Shown: positions 45,111 to 57,395 of the stretch, piece after piece | Layout: each line of letters begins with the position of its first letter | How positions within the stretch are numbered: position 1 is the first letter of the stretch | DNA from: Tubiluchus corallicola | Lineage: Eukaryota > Animalia > Priapulida | NCBI GenBank assembly: GCA_030141605.1 | Contig: JAQGDQ010000477.1 | Location: 62,001-126,000 of the forward strand | Direction: 5' to 3' | Length of the DNA: 64,000 nt | Translations under genes and position numbers: made by a program | Notes under the pieces: model-generated | Seen by the model: only the letters and a program-made list of their open reading frames with translations | What the model was told of the DNA's origin: nothing | Databases searched by the model: none

Positions 45111-45722
45111 TTAAGCAAAACCGGACCCAATCTTAAACTGTAGGCCAAAACAATCTACTCTTTAAAACAATAAAAGGAAATATACCATTTTTTTCAAAAA
45201 TGACTTACGTGAAAGAATTGTTACCACACAAACACAATTTCACGTTCGCGTCACTAGTTCTTCGCTGTTACATGCATTTCGCCATTTGCTAGTTAGACGG
45301 GCACTAGCGCCTGCATTTCGGAAACGCGTTGCACAAAAAACAGGTGCTGTACCTTTCAGTTCAGATGTGCTAGTTTGTGATGAACTTCACACGTTCGACA
45401 GCTCATGCGTGAGGACAGAGGTAAATTTGAATTTTTTTCTTAAAATATGCCTAGTTTTAGTACAACATACTGATTATCTCATTGTAGCAGTGTACTTCAA
45501 TTTTCGCTTTCACAAACACGTTCAACACGCTCAAGGAATGTTTTTGATGTTGAAAATTATGCTAGTTTGTGATGTCGTCATCAATAGTTTGCCTCGCCCA
45601 CCGTTAATTGAGTTTTTAATTTATGAGAAACGCTTTTGTAGTATTAATTGTGTTAAAATGTATGCTCTTATCTGACTTGAAAATGGAGTAGTAATATGAA
45701 AAATCATCCCGTCTTTCTTTAA
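45111..45722 (+). mobile_element. Family B TTAA-flanked transposon, copy
   Basis: ttaagcaaaaccggacccaatc...aaatcatcccgtctttct-ttaa. Confidence 0.88.
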
Positions 45723-46401
45723 GCATTTCTAAGGCATATTGAAGGTTTAATGCGTAGATTCTACATTACCTGCGCTGGTGCATTTCAAACATTTTATTAC
45801 ATCCGGCGGAGAGGTTGTAGACTGCTATTTTCAGCGCTGTTTCCTATCTCATATTTTAACGACTTTAATCACTTTATCCATAACACAATGGACGCGTATT
45901 GTATTCAAAAACTCCAACTTGTCGGGAACCCCAGCTAAACGATTGAACTGTTACTAAAGGTATGATAAACTTGGCGTCGGAGACCTGTTTGACATCAAAT
46001 AAAGTTCATGGCCGTCTCGAAACAATATTCCCTTTCGATTATTTTGAGACGTAAAATATGTGTAGACATAGTCCTAATACTTAATTACGTTATATTGATG
46101 GTTATGCAGGCAATAAGTTCTAGATTACAAAAGGTTGTTGGAAAACGAATAAGTTGTACATTCGATGAAGTATGTGAGGAATTTGTCAGAATAAACACGC
46201 AGTGTTAGTTATAAATCAGAAGCTGTGTGAAATTTCCACCTAAAGTTGTCTAGCCAATTGAAGAAACTTTTGGCCAGTTATGACTTCTTATTAGTGGTGA
46301 AGTGGATCGGTGACCACGTCAGTGACGTAAAACGTGTTAAATGAGAAGTTTCTGCTGTTTGCCACTTTTATGTCGAAAGGTCAATATATCAGCTTTACTC
46401 A

Positions 46402-47070
46402 TCTCTTCCCTTCTCTTCTCTTTTTTGTCTTCTCGTCTCTTCTCTTCTCTTCTCTTCTTTACTCTACTCTAATCTACTCTAATCTACTCTCTTCTCTTTT
46501 TTGTCTTCTATTCTCTTTTCTCGTCTCTTCTCTTTCCTTTCTTCTCGTCTCTTATCTTCACTTCTCTCATCTCCTCTCCTCTCCTCTCCTCTTCTCTTCT
46601 CTTCTCTTCTCTACTTTTTTCTTCTCTTCTCTTCTCTTCTCTCGTCTTTTATTCTCGTTTCTTTTTCTTTTCTCTTCCCTTTTCTTCACTTTTCTTTTCC
46701 TCTCTTTTCTTCTCATCTTATCTCATCCTTTCCCTTTCCATCCCTTCCCTTCTCTTTTTTTCTCTTCTCTTCTCTTCCCTTTTCTTCTCTTCTCTTCTCT
46801 TCCCTTCTCTTCACTTCTCTTCTCTTCTCTTCTCTTCTATTCTTTACTCTACTCTCCTTTCTTCTCCTCTCTTCCCTTCTCTTCTCTTCTCTTCACTTCT
46901 CTTCTCTTCTATTCTTTACTCTACTCTCCTTTCTTCTCCTCTCTTCCCTTTTCTTTTTTCTCTTCTCTTCTCCTTCTTCACTTCTCTTCTCCCCCTTCTC
47001 TTCTCTCCTCTTCTGTTTTCTTCTTTTTCTTTCTTTCCCGCCATGCTCTCACCTACTCTGTTCTTTTCTA
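46402..47070. repeat. Polypyrimidine (TCTTC)n-like low-complexity tract
   Basis: Direct inspection. Confidence 0.93.
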
Positions 47071-47798
47071 CTAAAACAGATACTATTCCTACAATAAATA
47101 TAACAATAACTAATTCTTCACATTTTCTGTGAAGCCAATTAGAGACACCCCCTCCCCCCTCCATCAAAACATCATGTAAGTAACGCAAACTTGTAATTAA
47201 ACACACCTTTCTCTTATAACAATTGTACGGTAAAGTGAATTTGGGTTGTTCCATGTTTATGCATGTGTTTTCCAGACGTTCTGACCCAGTTTTACCAAGT
47301 AACTCCTCACCCGGGGGGATTTTTACTACTCCGCTAATATCAGTAAATGATCACATTCTGGTCTTTGGGCAACATTTTTTACGAGACCGCTTATTGGCGC
47401 TTATAGACTCAACACTTCTCAAACCCAAGAGGTCCGAAATAGCCGCAAGTAGAAGTGCATTCCCAGTGGGACACCCACAGAAACGTTGCTGACGTCTTTG
47501 CTCTTGCAACCGGATTAACTCATTTATACATTTCCTCGTGAGATGCTGAAGGTGATTCGTAAAATGAATTTAAAAATACATCAATTTCGACCAGTTTTTA
47601 CTAATGAACTATGAACTATATTGTTTTATTTCACACATAAAACAGAGCACAATTATAAAAGTACCATTATATATATATATATATATACCATTTTTATTTG
47701 CACACGTGGTACAATCACACCAAAATATACAAACAGTTGAACAAGCAAAATAACATTAATTAACAAAATTAGCAAGTAATGTGAATATATACAATTAA

Positions 47799-48257
47799 CC
47801 CTTTCAGTCCCAAATTATTTTTTGAATAAAAAAAATTTTTTGGTTTGGTACTTTTGTTCAGTATGTCCATCTTGTTTACACATAATAATTATTTTTTTCT
47901 ACCTGTGCCCGCGTGGTAAGTATAGCCTGTATCCCACGGGATACATTGGGATTCAATGGAAGCATAAAATGTGCTTCATTTTGCAACTGCTGATAATTTT
48001 TTAAAGTATTTAAGACATTTAGTATGCATGCTATGCTGATCTGTACAAAGTCATCTCTAAAGTACTGTACCTTGCGCAGTTTTTTATGCTATGTAGATTT
48101 TCTAGTTTGCCATTTTATCACCATTTTTAGTCTATTGTTATTGGCTTAAATCAAAATAACTATTAACAGATCAAATAACTGTCAGTTTTAAAACTTTATT
48201 AATTTTAAAGGCAGAAAATATTCTCGTATCCCACGGGATACAACGGGTATGAAAGGG
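47799..48257. mobile_element. piggyBac-type MITE
   Basis: TTAA-CCCTTTCA...TGAAAGGG-TTAA; internal palindrome gtatcccacgggatac present twice (~47929 and ~48226). Confidence 0.9.
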
Positions 48258-49765
48258 TTAACTGAGAGTAAGGTATGTTAGTATGGCGTACAACTCATTC
48301 CTGTCAAAAAAATCAAAACAATTACGTTCTAGAGAGCATATATAATTCTTTAATGAAATTTACAATCCGTATTTGTTCTTAGCTAGCATTACTTCTTACA
48401 TCTAATGTACAAGAAAAAACTTTAGAAATAAAATTTTCATTTCTGTACAAAGTTTTGTACTCGTTACAAATAGATAACAAATTATAACCCATTACAGAAG
48501 AGGCATTAAATCGAGAAAAATTTGCTCATATAAATAAGCAAATCTGATGTGTGAGGGGAATGTAGGACCTAGTGGTCATTTGTACACCCCCCCCCCTTAC
48601 ATACTAGATGGTATAATTAGTTCATGGGGCCTATAGAAGAATTATATATCTATTATTATTATTATATTAATGTAAAAAGACATAATGATGATTAGTATTA
48701 AGAAATTAGGATTAATTTAAACTGAGTTCGTCAGTAATTTGATATGGCGACTTACAAGCAAAACTGAAGAGGAAAGTAACAGTAAAAATAACTAATATTT
48801 GTAGTTAGTCAACTAATTTAGTCGACCAATTTCGACTAAAACTTACAAAATATCTTCCTAGTTTTTTAGGGCAGCATAAAATAACAGCATGAATATTATT
48901 TCGACGTGACTAAGCTCATGCTGTTTCCGTGTTATACATGTTTTGGAAAAAATTGTTTTTCAAAAGTAAGTTTCCATAATATCCATATTTCCATACACTT
49001 TGCGCAAAGGCAACTACGAACAAATTCATATAGTTTTAGTATAGACAAAGTTAGCGTATCATAGAAAAATAATAAATAATATTCTTTTTTTAAACACTTA
49101 AAATGTGATGGGCGACTATTTCAGTTATATCGCAGTAATTACCCCTCCCCCCATATACATTTGTTATATTATATATATATATATATATATGCATTAATAA
49201 TTATGCAAGATAATTAATTGCAGGCTTACACGCAGTCTCAGTTGTACAAGCAACAAATACGAGCAGAAACCAGTGCACTCATTGCACTGTACAAGTAGAC
49301 ATGTCAGAATTAATGTCATCATTTCATATACACACACATTCAACGTCTATTACATAAACCTAATAATTTATTACGTGCTCATGCAGTCCATTCAATATGA
49401 CCTTCCCCGGGGGCATTTTATGCGAGCCAAGCTTGTTATAAATTGATGATGACTTGACCATTTTGCTAATGCTAAACACAATTATTAGCCACGCACCTGT
49501 AATTTGGCACGAACAGCATTGGCGGCCCAGTAAGGTCTGGCAGCTGTGAGGCGTGAATGGCTACATTCTTGGAATATATAGAAACTGATGATTAAGAGCT
49601 CTAGTCAATGTAAGCAACATTATTTTTAAAAACTAACCCTTCTTTGAGAGTCGAGGTTGAATAAACGAACAGAATTTTAACTCTGAATTATTAATGAAAG
49701 TAAAATAGAGACAGAGGGGCATAGAAGGAGATGATTTAAAGCTGCCCTTTGGCAGAATTGAGAAA

Positions 49766-50188
49766 AGTGACAAAAGTGCATGCTTGGCCACGTAGTTAAG
49801 CAGTGGGTTGGTAGTAATAAATGGGTGGTAGCTTCTGGTTGAATTTATCTGTCATGCTGCTCCCATTTATTTCTCTTGTCAAGGATTAATGTATTTGAAC
49901 GAGTGACAAAAGTGCATGCTTGGCCACGTAGTTAAGCAATGTCGGGTTTGGATAGTAAGTAAATGGGTGGTAGCTTCTGGTTGAATTTATCTGTCATGCT
50001 GCTCCCATTTATTTCTCTTGTCAAGGATTAATGTATTTGAACGAGTGACAAAAGTGCATGCTTGGCCACGTAGTTAAGCACGGTGGGGCTTGGTTAGTAA
50101 ATAAATGGGTGGTAGCTTCTGGTTGAATTCATCTGCCATGCTGCCCCCATTTATTTCTCCTGTCAAGGATTAATGTATCTGAACGAGT
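49766..50188 (+). repeat. ~140-bp tandem repeat, 3 copies, containing a 5S-promoter-like segment
   Basis: agtgacaaaagtgcatgcttggccacgtagttaagca at 49766, 49902 and 50044. Confidence 0.92.
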
Positions 50189-50491
50189 CGTCTAATACAC
50201 ACCTGTGTCGATGCCTCATTTTAGTATACTATCTTTGGTGATAACATAGATTCCGGTACCGCTACAAGCATACTTAAGTACACTCTGCCTTAGAGTGCCG
50301 ACGTGTATAAAATAGCGGGTTTATTAGCAGCATAAATAATAGGCCTAAATGGTAAATAATGAGAGTTAACAAACGGCAGCAACAAGAACAAGAAGAAGAA
50401 GAAGAAGAAGAAGAAGAAGGGAAGAAGAAGAAGAACAATGAGCAGCGATTTGAATCGAACCCTCGACCAAAAACATTTGATTGTCCACGGA

Positions 50492-51119
50492 TTAAAAAAG
50501 ACAGGACGATTTTTCAAATGCTGCCCCATTTTCAAGTGCGATAAAAATATACATTTTAACACAATTGATACTGCAAAAGCGTTCCTGATAATTAAATAAT
50601 AATTTAAATACTTAATTAATGGCGGGTGAGGCCAACTATTGATGACATCGTAAACTAACATAATTTTCAACAGCAAAAATATTCCACGAGCGTGTTGCAC
50701 GAGTTTGCAAAAGCGAAAATTGAAATACAGCGCTACTGTAAGATATTCAGTGTGTTGTAATAAAACTAAGTAGGTTTTAAAATAAAAATTCAAATTTCAA
50801 ATTTACTGTGTTCACGCATGAGCTGCCGAACGTGTGTAGTTTATCACAAACTAACACATCCGAACTGAGAGGTACAGCACCTGTTTTTTGTTCAATGCGT
50901 TTCCGAAATGCAGGCGCTAGTGCCCGTCTAACTAGCGAATAGCGAAAGGCATGAAACAGCGAAGAACTAGTGACGCGAACGTGAAATTGTGTTTGTGTGG
51001 TAATAATTGTTTCACCTAAGTCATTTTTAAAAAAAATAGTATAATATAATTCCTTTTATTATTTTAAAGAGTAGATTGTTTTGACCTACAGTTTGTCATT
51101 GGGTCCAGTTTTGCTTTAA
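50492..51119 (-). mobile_element. Family B TTAA-flanked transposon, copy
   Basis: ttaa-aaaagacaggacgattttt...gggtccagttttgct-ttaa; reverse complement of the 37.6 and 45.1 kb copies. Confidence 0.88.
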
Positions 51120-51885
51120 GAGAACGAGTGACTGCAAAACGCATGCCATTCGGAAATCTTTCGATAAACTTGCGGTCTTATAGCATTGAAATAACTGTAG
51201 GGGGAAGGCTTAGGCTTACCTCTTTCGAAAAAAACCAGCTGAGCAGCACAACTGAGCAGCATCAATACCCAACAGTTTATCTTTAATGACCTAATAACAT
51301 GACTAAGACTAACTAATTAGACTATACTAGAATCGTACGTAAATTACGTAATAGCAGATGTTTATACATACATATCAATTTTCCGTTATCTTTGATCATA
51401 TGTACAACAGTACAATAAAAGGGTTGTTGTTATTTGTTATGCCGCGCCATCTATTATAAAAAAATCAAACTTTGTGCGCCTTTACTACGAAATATTTTCC
51501 ACTTTTGCCTAAATATTCGTAACCATATCAGCAATATACCTAGCTTTTTAGACTGGTGGAGATATTGTATGTTTAACTAAACCTCAAGACTCATATCTTT
51601 CATGCACCAACGGCAGACAGCACCTGCTGATGTCTGGAGAAACGTTGACTTTCTCAATGCGTCTGGGTCGAGTGTCTGGGCATATTATGCTTCAAACGCT
51701 TGCAGCTTTTCCCTCAGCATTGTAAACCTTAGAATTCATTTTGAATCTGATGCTTATAACGGTCGAAATTGACATTATAATATACACATATCTAGCAGGT
51801 CGGTTATAAACGCCTATCAGAGACGTGAAGCTGCTTGAGAAAGTTGCGTATTGACAGAAATATTTGATATCATTTATAGTTTCGA

Positions 51886-52068
51886 CATCGTCATCATCAT
51901 CGCCATCACCATCGCCATTATCACCAACATCATCATCATCATTATCATCATCATCACCACGACCGCCACCATACATCATCATCAGCAGTAGCGTTCATCA
52001 TCAAAGTGTAGTAGCAGCAGTAGTAGTAGTACTCGTAGTAGTCGTAGTAGTAGTAGTAGTAGTAGTAG

Positions 52069-52104
<36 letters not shown>
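51886..52104. repeat. (CAT)n tract plus (GTA)n/(TAC)n palindromic microsatellite
   Basis: Direct inspection. Confidence 0.93.
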
Positions 52105-52106
<2 letters not shown>

Positions 52107-53272
52107 ATTTACTTAAAAAAATTTGTCAAAATGAACAACAACTTCTCTGTGAAGTAAATTTGGTAGCATAAAGCTGAATCTTTTTCAATGCGCCTCTCTT
52201 CTAAAGACGTTAGGTTTAGAAACTCCAGACGCTTAGGAAGTGGCACATACATTAAATTCATCTAAAAAAGAGGCGACGAGTAAGAGGCAACTCTTACCAC
52301 AGTCGGCTACGTGTTTGGCATCTGGCTCGCCAAGCGACCTTAACCTCCATCGAGAATTTATTCTGTGCCATTTTAACCTTTGCCATTGGCCATAAGCAGC
52401 TTGCTAACAAGTTTTTATGAATGAAATTGGGTGGTGTAACATACCATTTCTGAAAGATGTAAAACACCCCAGGCTCTTCCACGTCGCTATACGTCCAACC
52501 ATTTGGAATTTTTCTAGGCATTATTGTTGCGTTGTGATTAAAACTGAAAGGCGGTTAGCACTTATTTTATTAACTGGTATAACCACTTATAGAAAATAGG
52601 GTTGCCACCACTCGGAGATTCCTGAAATTCAGCCATAGATTCGTAGTTCTGTCGAATTTTTGAATAATTATGAAATCTCCTGACTTTGAGCATCCAATTG
52701 AAATTTAAATGGAAAAAAGTGGAAAAACAACTTGTTTGCTCATGACATTTTGCAAAAGATTAAGCCAAAAAATAGCTGAATTTCTGTTAATTAAGATAAC
52801 AGTAAACTTGTTAAATTAAGTTTAACCGGTTGCATCGTTTCTTCTCCCCCCCCCCCCCCTACATTTTTCGCCGATTTCTGTTGCAGCGACAAATACTGCA
52901 AAGCAAGTATACTTCCGTTTCAATTTTACTTCAGATAACGTAAAGTGGTTAAATAATTTGATTGCTAAACCGATCCTAGTAACCCCAGAAAACATGAGAA
53001 GTGGGACTGGGAAAAAACTGCAAAAACTGATGTACCTGCTTGCACTTTTGTGCGTTTTAGGGCTTTTTGTAGTCCAACATACAGAATATGTACTACTTTG
53101 TAGTTTGAATTTCTTGCTTTTAGTTTCTAAAAAAACACATTTGAAATGCAGGTAATGCTTTATTTCCTGGGCTCCGTCCCGGGGCTCACCGAGGGAGCCT
53201 ACGGGCCCCAGACGTCTTACTATGTCTTACTTTGTAAATATCTTTGAGTGTGACGAATGCATTACGAATCGG

Positions 53273-53344
53273 ACATGGAGGTAAATACAACAAATACAAC
53301 ATGGAGGTAAATACAACAAACACAACATGGAGGTAAATACAACA
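53273..53344. repeat. Short tandem repeat acatggaggtaaatacaaca, 3 copies
   Basis: Direct inspection. Confidence 0.85.
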
Positions 53345-53597
53345 CCCAGAATGATCTCGGATGTAAACAACGCTTAGAAATTTTTACTGGGAACGAGTCG
53401 TGAAAGCAAAGCAAAACAGGTACGATTGAACGAAAAAGAAAGAGTGTTAAAAGCTGTAAAAGATCTTTTATCTTCTACACAGCGTATACGTACACATAAA
53501 GCTGTCGAACGGTTGTAAAAGTCAGTCATAGGTGTGCCTGACAACTGCTTTACATTTATTACACGGCTGTGATAAAGAATAAAAGCGATAATGTTTG

Positions 53598-53963
<366 letters not shown>

Positions 53964-54766
53964 TAACTATATATTTTGGCAAGATTTATTTTTAGTCACG
54001 TGATACGGTTTTCTAGCATTTGCGTAGAAAAGTAGATTATCGGGCCTGTTGATTATTATTATAGAATTTCAATATAATTTCATAGTTAAATTAGCAAACT
54101 GCATCCATACTGTACGAAGTCTCGAAACTTTGGTGAAGTGCACCACAAAAGTGACAAGAATAATCAGTTTAAAGTTTTTCAGACTCTTAGAATGCACGCA
54201 GAGTCTGCAGACCTCGCACCTGTTGTTGGTAAACTGAAGTGCATTGCATAGACTACACTAGTATATGTAGAGTAATTCACACTCTTGTGTGCTCATTCTA
54301 TAAAAGACGCGCTTTCTAAAAGCCATTTTGTTTGGTCGACCTTCTAAGTTGTTCTACAAAAAACCGAGGGTAGGGTGCAATTAAAGAGGAAAGCCGAGTT
54401 TTGAATGGACTTTGCGGACACCACGCAGGGAAATTTTGTAAAATTGCCGCGACGCTGCCGTTAGAAATGACCGGCAGCAGCGACAGACCTCTCATCTATG
54501 GAAAGTGGTTTTCTGGGAGACGCAAAGTGCTGTAAATAGTACCTTTTCTTTACTCCCATTCACAGATCTTACATTCAAACATCGCAGCCTCCAAGGAAAC
54601 GATAACGTAGAAATTAGAGCCGTTTCGTTTTATCAACACGCAACACGCAACACGCAACACGCAAATTTCGGCGTTGCACGGTACCTCCTTGCCAAAGTGA
54701 AATTTTTTAATGACTATTAAGAAGCAGAACAACTTACTGACAGAAATTTGTTAAGAACTAAATATT

Positions 54767-55227
54767 TTAAAGCACAAGAAAACCCCTCATAAAGCTTAAA
54801 AAATTCATCTCGAAATTTTATACCACTTACATACTACCTTTTCGTATGCAAGGCTTGCATCGGCCGTAACGCTGTATAAAACATGTAAATTTAAATTCTA
54901 GCGATGACCGTTAGGCGCAGCCATTTTAATGGTAGGTTGTTTGAAACAAGTTTTGATAACATTAAGTAAAGTTTGAAAAATAATCAGAGCATTTGTAGCA
55001 TTTATGTTGCTAATTAAGTAAAATCTTAAATGACTGTATCTTGTCAATAAGATTAAAAATACGTTTTTGGCTAGTAAGTGGCGCACCCTGGAGGGTGAGT
55101 CAGCGACATTTTACCAATTGGCACATATATTTTAAATTATTAGTCTAGTTACATAAATCTTTCCAGCAGGTAAGTGAAGTGCTAAGCAATATAGATTTGC
55201 ACAGAAAGTTTTTGGGTCATAATGTAA
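54767..55227 (-). mobile_element. Family A TTAA-flanked transposon, copy
   Basis: Starts ttaa-agcacaagaaaaccc; contains cgttaggcgcagccatttt and gcaccctggagggtgagtcagcga, matching rc of 38336-38846. Confidence 0.8.
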
Positions 55228-55830
55228 CAATGCTTTTTCTTCCCGTGATTTACGTGGCGTAGTGAAGTCATGTAATGGCGCCGTCGGAACAGTATTGAGG
55301 GAGATTTAAAATAAAAAAAAACGAAAATTCCTTTCAACGCGAGTACGATATGTGCATAAAATTATTGTAAAGTAATAGAATTTTTAAGGCGATTTTCTAA
55401 GACCTACTTCAGGTACCCCTTTTCTTGTCCTTTAACCCCAACAAACCATTTACTATCATTCGTTTTGAAATTCTTAATCTTCAACTCAAGTGTCAAGGTT
55501 GCAGTATTTAATCTCGAAAAAAGTATGACACACTTAATACTCAACTTGTTTTACGTGACCGTTCAAGGTAAATTTCTGTTACAAAACACGTCACGAACTG
55601 TACGCGCATTACTGATAGTCAGTGTCGTTGAGCAGAAGTGTTTGGAGAGATTTTTACGTCAGAGTATTGAATGTTGCACATGTATTTAGTCTGTCGCATC
55701 TAAAAAAATAGTATGGGTGCTCAGTTATGATGAACAATGATAGCAAAATACTACAAAATTATCATACATAAGGATGAACCAAGTAATTGATAACGTATGC
55801 AAGAGCCATAGTTGTATTGCTACTGTATTA

Positions 55831-56308
55831 CGAGGGCTTACTGTACGTTAAGCGAGGAGTTACTGCACGTTAAGCGAGGACTTACTGTACGTTAAGCGAG
55901 GACTTACTGTACGTTAAGCGAGGAGTTACTGCATGTAAAGCGAGGACTTACTGTACGTTAAGCGAGGACTTACTGTACGTTAAGCGAGGACTTACTGTAC
56001 GTTAAGCGAGGAGTTACTGCATGTAAAGCGAGGACTTACTGTACGTTAAGCGAGGAGTTACTGCACGTAAAGCGAGGACTTACTGTACGTTAAGCGAGGG
56101 CTTACTGTACGTTAAGCGAGGAGTTACTGTACGTTAAGCGAGGAGTTACTGCATGTAAAGCGAGGACTTACTGTACGTTAAGCGAGGGCTTACTGTACGT
56201 TAAGCGAGGAGTTACTGTACGTTAAGCGAGGAGTTACTGCATGTAAAGCGAGGACTTACTGTACGTTAAGCGAGGAGTTACTTCTGTTAAGTGAGGACTT
56301 ACTGTACT
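55831..56308. repeat. 22-bp minisatellite, ~21-22 copies
   Basis: Unit gcgaggacttactgtacgttaa. Confidence 0.96.
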
Positions 56309-57395
56309 TTGTTTAAATGTTTTAGGTAGTAAACATATCATTCATAATGTTTGATGTGGAATACGATCGATATTGTACTGCTGATGCACTTTACGTCTAC
56401 GATGGTGCTCTGTGGTACCGTTCATAGAGTAAAATGATTTAAATCAGACTAGACGATCATTTTAGTACAAGACCAAAATGGCACTAGATCACACCTGCTA
56501 GCAGACGCGTACCGCACATGGACAATTTTCACGAAAAACGAGCATTTTAATAAATCTCCAGACAAAAAGTTCCTCGCCATTTCGTGAAACTGTCTGTACT
56601 GTTTTTATGATTACATCTGAAGCCAGAGGAATCATCTGCAGTCTGTTCATCTAAGTAACCCAACTCCTCTGCTTGCAAAACTAATAAGTCTTTTCACACT
56701 TCCAGCGATTGATGATGATCGTGAAAAGGTCAAAGGTTCAGTGTACTAAACAACTGATTTGTGTACACTTTACAACGCCTCGCAGGCCAAGCTATTGTAA
56801 TAGTAACCGTTTTAACAGCTAATTAGAATCTTCCTTATTTCATTTTCTCTTGTTCCCAAGATCCTGCTAGTAAATCACTACGCACAGACTAATGTATAAT
56901 TAAGTAAAACAACTGAAAATACTGAACTGGTGCGGCAGACGCTTTGCTTTGTGCACATATCCAGCGCGGTTGTAGTTAAGACGCGTTGCTGTGGGACACT
57001 TAACTTTTGACCTACAGCAACTGCGCATGCGCGCAACGAAACTCGAAAGGATTATTGCCAAGCGACAAATTACTAGTATCTTGTCCACAGTGCGAAGTAT
57101 TTGATAATAAATGAACTTTTATATGACAATCTTATAAGATATGTTCATGTGAGGCTCGTATTCATCCCGAGGACCATAAAAATCATTTTATTAAGCAATA
57201 TATCACTGTATTCAGTAATTGTACAACAGTAATGTATAAGCATTAAGCAACCTTGTGTTAGCACTAGTTCAGAAGGAACCATAACAAACAAAATTATTAG
57301 TGCTACAACATAAAATATCTCAGCACGGAATTTATTTTTCACAACACATCTTTTTATGATGCCTTTTAATACGTTCTAAAATATTTTGACCACTT

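Noticed and set aside
52597-53215. hAT-like terminus TAGGGTTGCCA with a GC-rich internal motif
   Set aside because: No matching second TIR or TSD found, so boundaries cannot be supported.
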